From the NCBI GenBank assembly GCA_965215035.1, contig OZ244040.1, forward strand, positions 689,523 to 713,522: 24,000 nucleotides of DNA, in the 5' to 3' direction. A program made the translations under genes and the position numbers. The DNA comes from Pseudomonadales bacterium. GTDB lineage: Bacteria > Pseudomonadota > Gammaproteobacteria > Pseudomonadales > Azotimanducaceae. Positions 8,374 to 13,648 of the stretch are shown here, one piece after another. Under the pieces are notes generated by a model. The model saw nothing but the letters and a program-made list of their open reading frames with translations. It made no database searches and was not told the DNA's origin. The first letter of the stretch is position 1, and each line of letters opens with the position of its first letter.

Positions 8374-8775
8374 AACTCGATCTCTTCTTTGTATAGTACC
8401 GAGCACCTGAACCCACGAGTATCGCACCGGCGCTCGAGTACGCCATGAAGTTACGGGCTTCAATGGCGACAACGTTGTCGAATGGTGTTGCCATGCCGTC
8501 GCACGGCCGAGTTCACGGCCGGTCGCGACTTCGACCTTCCGTACGCTATGCTCTGCGGTCGCGTTCATGTAGATAAAGCGGCCATCGGGCGAGGTAACGA
8601 CCCCGTTGGGCATCGCGCCATCGGTCCCGCCAACCTTTCGAAAGCTCTTCTCGGACTGCGACCAAGCAAATACATGGCCTGTAATATCACTCGATATATC
8701 TTGGGTCGCAAAGCCGATCTGAGCACGCTGTCTGGTCGCTATCGTAGCGGCGGGAAGGATCCGTGTCGTCCGTCG
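8374..8775 (-). pseudogene. relic of a beta-propeller (SMP-30/gluconolactonase or YVTN-type) protein gene
   Basis: Minus-strand translation after the stop at 8776-8778 reads ...AQIGFATQDISSDITGHVFAWSQSEKSFRKVGGTDGAMPNGVVTSPDGRFIYMNATAEHSVRKVEVATGRELG. The PNG..SPDG..(I/L)Y...... motif is typical of such propeller blades. There is no start codon upstream, and plausible sequence continues only after a frame switch (MATPFDNVVAIEARNFMAYSSAGAILVGSG). Confidence 0.35.
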
Positions 8776-8836
8776 CTAAAGCAATGCTTTACTAAACATG
8801 GGAATCGCCAATTAAGATGTCCGCGATACGACCACA

Positions 8837-9301
8837 TTAGTCTTCCATAATGTGAGTGAGTTCGAGAACATGTTTTTGGACACTGCGAATCACATGAATC
8901 GTTCCCGTTATCACACCCTCAAGCTCAATGATTTTTGACTCGTACAGCGTGAACAAGCCATCTAGGCTTTCGTCGGTCATAATGAAGACGATATCGCATG
9001 CTCCAGAAACCAACGCGATGTATCCAATCTGGTCGATTTCTTTTAAGGCACCGATGACTCGTTTTATCGCTGCTGTTTCGACCACCAAGCGAACATCAAC
9101 GATTGCTGTCTGATTGACTTTGACGGGGTTGACGAGTGCACTAATGCGCATGGATTTTGCTGACGTCAGTTTCCTTAGTCGGTGACGGATCGCACCTTCA
9201 GTGACTTTCAGTTCGTGCGCCACCACGCGATTGCTGACCCTAGCGTCCGGTTTCAGAATCTCGAATAGTTGTTCTTCAAAGTCATCGAGCGGTTCTTTCA
9301 T
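8837..9301 (-). CDS. Lrp/AsnC family transcriptional regulator
   Basis: N-terminal winged HTH (FEILKPDARVSNRVVAHELKVTEGAIRHRLRKL) followed by an AsnC/RAM-type C-terminal domain, 154 codons in total. Its ATG overlaps the upstream gene stop in the sequence ATGA. Confidence 0.88.
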   Translation of the reverse strand: MKEPLDDFEEQLFEILKPDARVSNRVVAHELKVTEGAIRHRLRKLTSAKSMRISALVNPVKVNQTAIVDVRLVVETAAIKRVIGALKEIDQIGYIALVSGACDIVFIMTDESLDGLFTLYESKIIELEGVITGTIHVIRSVQKHVLELTHIMED

Positions 9302-9774
9302 AAATCTATCCGTGCGTAGTGCAGGTTGTACTTTTCTATGTTGAGCACTGTAATTGTTTCGGTTCGTTCAATGCCTCCGATCGCTGTGACCTTGTTCTGT
9401 ATGAATTCGACGAAGTGCTTTTGGTTGCGAGTCGCTGTTCTAATGATGATTTCAGGCCGACCGGCTGTGATAAGGCAGTTCGTTACCTCATCTAAGCTGG
9501 CGAGTGCTTGGGCTACGTCTTCTTTACGACCGTGTGCAACATACACATCGACATGGGCAGGAAAGTGTGCGCCTGCCGCTTCAAAGTCTTTCTGAACGGT
9601 GATTCGAAGAACCTCATTTTCTATGAGGAAACTCATTCTGCGTGCGACATACTGTTGAGAAACGTCGAAGTCTTCCGCCAGCGAACGATAAGAGCGCCGT
9701 GGTTCCTTGATCAACGCCTGAATGATCTGCAAATCAAGTTCTGCGAGCTCTTCAGCCACAATAATTGTCTCCAA
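9298..9774 (-). CDS. Lrp/AsnC family transcriptional regulator (paralogue of the downstream gene)
   Basis: wHTH LDLQIIQALIKEPRRSYRSLAEDFDVSQQYVARRMSFLIENEVL plus a RAM-like C-terminal domain, 158 codons in total. It shares a 4-nt ATGA overlap with 8837..9301. Confidence 0.85.
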   Translation of the reverse strand: METIIVAEELAELDLQIIQALIKEPRRSYRSLAEDFDVSQQYVARRMSFLIENEVLRITVQKDFEAAGAHFPAHVDVYVAHGRKEDVAQALASLDEVTNCLITAGRPEIIIRTATRNQKHFVEFIQNKVTAIGGIERTETITVLNIEKYNLHYARIDL

Positions 9775-9837
9775 ACATTATCCGAATTCTATACCAACCG
9801 TGACGACAGCGCCGGTCAGTCGATGGGCACGACAAAT

Positions 9838-10080
9838 TCAAGAGACGTTTATGCAAATCTTCCCGAAGTGTTGTTGGGATTCCTGATAACGAAAAGCATC
9901 TGCTAGGTCCTCTAATCCGTACTGAGCTGCTACCGGGGCATTTCCTTTACCGTCGATAATGCTGATGTTTTCAATCAACATATCACCGGTAGATGAGGCT
10001 TCCCCTTCTGCGAAAGCGATCGACATACTGAAAAAAAGTACGATACCCGTGTGTAATATCGTCAGTTTCTTTGAATTCAT
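9838..10080 (-). pseudogene. 5' stub of a secreted amidohydrolase-family gene (signal peptide plus first strands only)
   Basis: The ORF starts MNSKKLTILHTGIVLFFSMSIAFA (a Sec-type signal) and continues GDMLIENISIIDGKGNAPV, the typical amidohydrolase N-terminal beta-sandwich start. Compare ATLIDGTGGAPV in the full-length gene at 20951..22495. Similarity is lost after about residue 52, and the ORF stops at 80 aa. Confidence 0.45.
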
Positions 10081-10302
10081 CTGTAAACTCTATAGGCTCG
10101 CCTAGTGCGACAGGGGCGAACTCGGGGTTGATTTAGGCAGTGGAAATACCCATGGGGCATGGGCCGACGCACTCGACAGACCCTTTTTAATATCGCAACA
10201 TATCTAATTTAACATCTACGTGTTGTTTACTATAACGCATTTATATGGTTTTCTTGCGTACTATCTAGTGCGATTCGCCTCAATTTCTGAGGAAACAACC
10301 GC

Positions 10303-11019
10303 ATGCCCCACTATGACCTGGTACTCAAATCCGGAACCGTCGTCGACGGCACCCAGTTCCCCCGATACGTCGCCGACATCGGCGTCTCGAATGGCCGCAT
10401 CGAGAAGATCGGGCCCCTTAGTGACTACACCGCGACCCGCGAGATCGCCGCGGAGACGGGACGGCCGGTCACCGACCTGTTCTTCGACATCGTCGCTCAG
10501 TCAGGTCTCGACGCCGACTTCCGCACGACGGAGGTCCTCGGCCAGGATCCAGCAAAGAATGCCGAAATTCTTCGCCACAAGCGGTCTGTGCCCGGCACTT
10601 CGGATGGCGGAGCGCACGTCAAGTTTTTCTCCGGAGGGCACTACTCGACCGAGATGATCTCGTGGCTGGTGCGAGAGGAAGGGCTGCTGTCGCTTGAGGA
10701 TGTTCATTTCCGGATGAGTCAGCTCCCCGCCCGGATCCTCGGACTCGACCGGCGCGGGACCCTCATCGAGGGCAACGCCGCCGATCTCTACGTCTACGAT
10801 TACGACTCGATCGGGTACGAGCGTGACAACTATGCCATTCGGAACGACCTTCCGAACGGTGACTGGCGACGCATCGTACCGGCACAAGGCATCGACTGGG
10901 TCATCGTCAACGGCGAGCCGATCTTCAACAACAGTGAGACCTGCGCGAAAGCGCTGCCCGGGCAACTCGTCTCGAATCAGGGAGCCGAGATGGACGCGCG
11001 CCTGTGCAAGGTGGCCTGA
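10303..11019 (+). CDS. N-acyl-D-amino-acid deacylase (D-aminoacylase)/amidohydrolase-3 family ORF, apparently internally deleted and probably non-functional
   Basis: The N-terminus YDLVLKSGTVVDGTQFPRYVADIGVSNGRIEKIGPLS and the C-terminal part (SDGGAH..., LSLEDVHFRMSQLPARILGLDRRGTLIEGNAADLYVYD) match the two ends of this family. The expected PGFID-H-H metal-binding segment and most of the TIM barrel are absent. The ORF is 238 aa, against roughly 480-580 aa for family members as I recall them. Confidence 0.6.
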   Translation: MPHYDLVLKSGTVVDGTQFPRYVADIGVSNGRIEKIGPLSDYTATREIAAETGRPVTDLFFDIVAQSGLDADFRTTEVLGQDPAKNAEILRHKRSVPGTSDGGAHVKFFSGGHYSTEMISWLVREEGLLSLEDVHFRMSQLPARILGLDRRGTLIEGNAADLYVYDYDSIGYERDNYAIRNDLPNGDWRRIVPAQGIDWVIVNGEPIFNNSETCAKALPGQLVSNQGAEMDARLCKVA

Positions 11020-11165
11020 TGGCGAGCGCAGAGGCGATCGTCGTTTCGACGACGAACGAAAAGCACCCTCCTGCCTACACGGATACCCAGCGTTTCGATG
11101 GTAACTTGCAGCCGCAGCTATTGTTCAATCGGAATTGAGAACTCGACCGCGATTGAGGTGCTGCC

Positions 11166-12257
11166 TCAGGTCTGAAGGGACCTAAACACTCGCGCCCAGT
11201 CCTCGATCGCCTCCTCCTGGCCATGCACTAGCTGCACGGTGACCTGGTTATAACCAGCTTCCGCCAAAGTTCGCATGTTATCGACCAGTTCGTCATAGGT
11301 GCCGCTCATCGTGGTCGCCTTGACCAGGTCCGGTGAATACAACGAGGCTTCTTCCGGGCGCACAAACATGAGATGACCCCGGTGATTTTGAAGGTATTTA
11401 GCATCCTGTGGCTCGTAACGATCATGTTCTTTCATGTAGGCCTGGTGCAGTTGTCCAATCGGACCATCGGGGAATCGCCCTCCCATCGGGGGGAGGGCGT
11501 CGGCAAGGTTATGCATGATCACCGCTGTAGAAGGTGCGGCCTGTTTCATCAGACGATCCCGATCCGTTGCCTCGTCTCCGGTCAGAACTGCTCCCAGGAA
11601 AAACAGCACCGACTTCAGATCCTCAGGGTCGCGGCCCGAGCCCTGCCAGTCCGACTGCATCTGCTGCAGCGATTCAACCGCGCCGGTCATACCGCTGAAA
11701 TTCAGCCAGCCCGCATCCAGTTCGGCAACCAATCGGCGTCCTTTCGGACCGAACGCGGAAATCCAAAGCGGAACCTCGTCCTCAACATTGATGAGGCCAA
11801 GATCGGAGTTCAGAAACCCGATCTTGCGCTGCTTGCCTTCAAAGTCCCAGGTGACAATCTCGCCGCGCACCAGGGCGCGGACACGATCGACGTAGGTTCG
11901 CATCTTCTTCTGCGGTATGGCGCCGAGTCCCATGGTCCTGCGGGCGGTGAAGCCCGTGCCGACACCAAAGTCGATGCGCCCGGGTGCCAGCCGGTTGAGC
12001 GTGGCAAGGGCGTTGGCCGTGACCGGCTCAATCCTGTTGGACGGTACCAGAACACCTGTGCCCAGCCTGATGCGTTCCGTCTTTTCTGCAGCAAGGGCCA
12101 TGCAGATAAACACATCAGGGTTAAGCAACTGTGTGTCGTAGAACCAGGCTGAGCTGAATCCCAGGTTCTCCGCCCGCTGGACCCATCGCCAGCTATCGAT
12201 CTCGGATGCAAGCGCAATGCCGTATTCCATATCCAGTCTCCAAGCCTCGTTTTCCAT
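11166..12257 (-). CDS. LLM-class flavin (FMN/F420)-dependent oxidoreductase
   Basis: MEYGIALASEIDSWRWVQRAENLGFSSAWFYDTQLL is a typical LLM N-terminus, and the ORF is full length. The likely true start is the ATG at 12230 (GGAG 7 nt upstream) rather than 12257. The antisense 259-aa ORF 11373..12152 is rejected. Confidence 0.85.
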   Translation of the reverse strand: MENEAWRLDMEYGIALASEIDSWRWVQRAENLGFSSAWFYDTQLLNPDVFICMALAAEKTERIRLGTGVLVPSNRIEPVTANALATLNRLAPGRIDFGVGTGFTARRTMGLGAIPQKKMRTYVDRVRALVRGEIVTWDFEGKQRKIGFLNSDLGLINVEDEVPLWISAFGPKGRRLVAELDAGWLNFSGMTGAVESLQQMQSDWQGSGRDPEDLKSVLFFLGAVLTGDEATDRDRLMKQAAPSTAVIMHNLADALPPMGGRFPDGPIGQLHQAYMKEHDRYEPQDAKYLQNHRGHLMFVRPEEASLYSPDLVKATTMSGTYDELVDNMRTLAEAGYNQVTVQLVHGQEEAIEDWARVFRSLQT

Positions 12258-12560
12258 CTTATACTTATACTCCTATTGTAGGATCTGTAACTCAGGAGTG
12301 AACGATGGATCAGTTGTCTGACGATGAACTTAGTGCGGTGCGAGAATCACTGGCCATCTTGAAGAGCGCAACCTGAACCCCGAACCGTAGGCCTGGAAAC
12401 AGACGGGACAAGACATCCCAGCCAAGATCCAACGCGTTCGACAAGCACACAAAAAAACACAATATGGTCAATTAAGAGACGCAACACTAGCACGGAGAGG
12501 TTACAAGCAAGGCGGACTGAGGCTGTAGCTATGTTTTGGAGCCGCCCCAAATTGTGACCC

Positions 12561-13349
12561 ATGACGCCTATGGCGACCGATAAATTTGGATCCCCGTTTT
12601 TTTATGCGGGTACTGGCGACGGGTCAGTTCCATCCGCACCTGTGCCGATGCTCGAGCGCGCCAACGTCCCTGTGGTGCCCATAGAGCCGGTCACCGATGT
12701 TTGGGACGCCCAATGGGTGCTGGAGCGCCTGGCGCCCTTCAATACTTACAGCGTCTGCTCGGTCGTTCCCCAGGGGTTTGCGCACTACGCCCGGATCTTC
12801 TACCCCGGCCGGCGTCGCCGCGGTGGACGGCGGCGGGAAGAGCCGGTGCGGTGGGCGGAGATGGCCCGCCGCACCGGGCGCCGCGCTCATGCGCTGATGC
12901 AATGGGATTCCATTGCCGAGCCGGGCGTCGAGGCACCGGAGGAGGGAACGGTGCCGCCCGTCGTATTTCGGCCGTTGCGGGCCATTCTGGCGTCGCATAC
13001 GGCCTGTCGGGGCGTCTGGCTTGCCGTGTGGCGGGGGTGGGGGTGGGACTACGAGGACTTCATTCCAAACACCAAGTTCATCGCGACCCCTCAACGGGAG
13101 TGGGATCTGTTCCGCACGCCGCTGGAGCATATGGACATGCGGTTTGACAAGCAGTTCTTCGCACGGGAGCAGGAGGAGGAGCGTGGCTTCACCGCGAACA
13201 TGGTCTGGCCGGACGACCGGAGCTGGCACCTCGCGGTGGAGATCGACCACGACACCGCCTACATCGGCGGTTCGGTGCCGCTGATCGAGGCTCTGCTGGC
13301 CTCGGACGATCTGGAGGTCTGGCCAGCGGAACCGGACGACCGCATCTAG
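12561..13349 (+). CDS. hypothetical protein (very G+C-rich, Trp/Arg-rich; actinobacterial-looking conserved hypothetical)
   Basis: 262-codon ORF with strong third-position G/C bias and a balanced, protein-like composition. The longer antisense ORF is Arg/Pro/Gly junk. I recognise no domain. The start is uncertain: the first ~25 codons are much more A+T-rich, and the internal ATG beginning MLERAN is an alternative. Confidence 0.55.
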   Translation: MTPMATDKFGSPFFYAGTGDGSVPSAPVPMLERANVPVVPIEPVTDVWDAQWVLERLAPFNTYSVCSVVPQGFAHYARIFYPGRRRRGGRRREEPVRWAEMARRTGRRAHALMQWDSIAEPGVEAPEEGTVPPVVFRPLRAILASHTACRGVWLAVWRGWGWDYEDFIPNTKFIATPQREWDLFRTPLEHMDMRFDKQFFAREQEEERGFTANMVWPDDRSWHLAVEIDHDTAYIGGSVPLIEALLASDDLEVWPAEPDDRI

Positions 13350-13516
13350 TCGCACTCGAACTGGGCGGCCAAGGCCGCCTCGCTCTCCCACCGCTTGAAC
13401 ACGCGGATGCGACCGGGATGCAGGGGGTCCGGGCACCAGCCGTAGTCCAGGCAGCCCTCCTCGGTCAGGGCGCTTTCGATGAGGCACCTCATCACTAAGG
13501 CCCGATGACCTACCAT
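13346..13516 (-). pseudogene. relic of an antibiotic-biosynthesis-monooxygenase (ABM)-domain gene
   Basis: Minus-strand 56-codon ORF MVGHRALVMRCLIESALTEEGCLDYGWCPDPLHPGRIRVFKRWESEAALAAQFECD. The E(E/P)GCL.Y......P....V.E.W.S..AL.AH pattern is the core of ABM-domain proteins, but both the N- and C-terminal parts of a roughly 100-aa domain are missing. It is too short to appear in the ORF track. Confidence 0.4.
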
Positions 13517-13648
13517 CAAATCTCTCGCTAGATACTAGTGCCACAAATCGTTGGTGCGCACCCGCGGCGTTGTCATATCGTGGCCGATCAAGCCCACTGC
13601 CGAATTCCGGCAGGTCTGGGTTGAACAAACTGAGTGAGATCGTAAGCA

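Noticed and set aside
7897-8613. Full 238-aa ORF taken as a single gene
   Set aside because: Its N-terminal 80 codons belong to an unrelated propeller fragment followed by implausible linker sequence (TAWQHHSTTLSPLKPVTSWRTRAP). The internal ATG at 8373 gives a self-contained DUF1330-sized protein.
8482-8850. 122-aa plus-strand ORF
   Set aside because: It is antisense to the propeller relic and runs into the 3' end of the AsnC gene. It has no motifs and a Cys/Arg-rich composition.
10149-10163. Palindrome CCCATG-GGG-CATGGG in the A+T-rich spacer
   Set aside because: It is short (6-bp arms) and isolated, and it is not repeated elsewhere in the window. No function can be argued.
11039-11054. 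Perfect hairpin CGTCGT-TTCG-ACGACG between the convergent D-aminoacylase-like and LLM genes, as an intrinsic terminator
   Set aside because: The stem is real, but it is only 6 bp and has no U-tract on either strand. I did not call it a terminator.
11373-12152. 259-aa plus-strand ORF, together with 11515..11895 and 11810..12217
   Set aside because: These are shadow ORFs inside or antisense to the LLM oxidoreductase gene, which has a clear family signature. They have low-complexity Arg/Pro-rich sequence and no motifs.
12305-12376. 23-codon ORF MDQLSDDELSAVRESLAILKSAT with AGGAG 7 nt upstream, in the LLM/orphan-ORF intergenic region
   Set aside because: The SD is attractive, but the ORF is far too short to evaluate without conservation or Ribo-seq data. 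It may be the stranded N-terminus of a lost gene. It is noted but not called.
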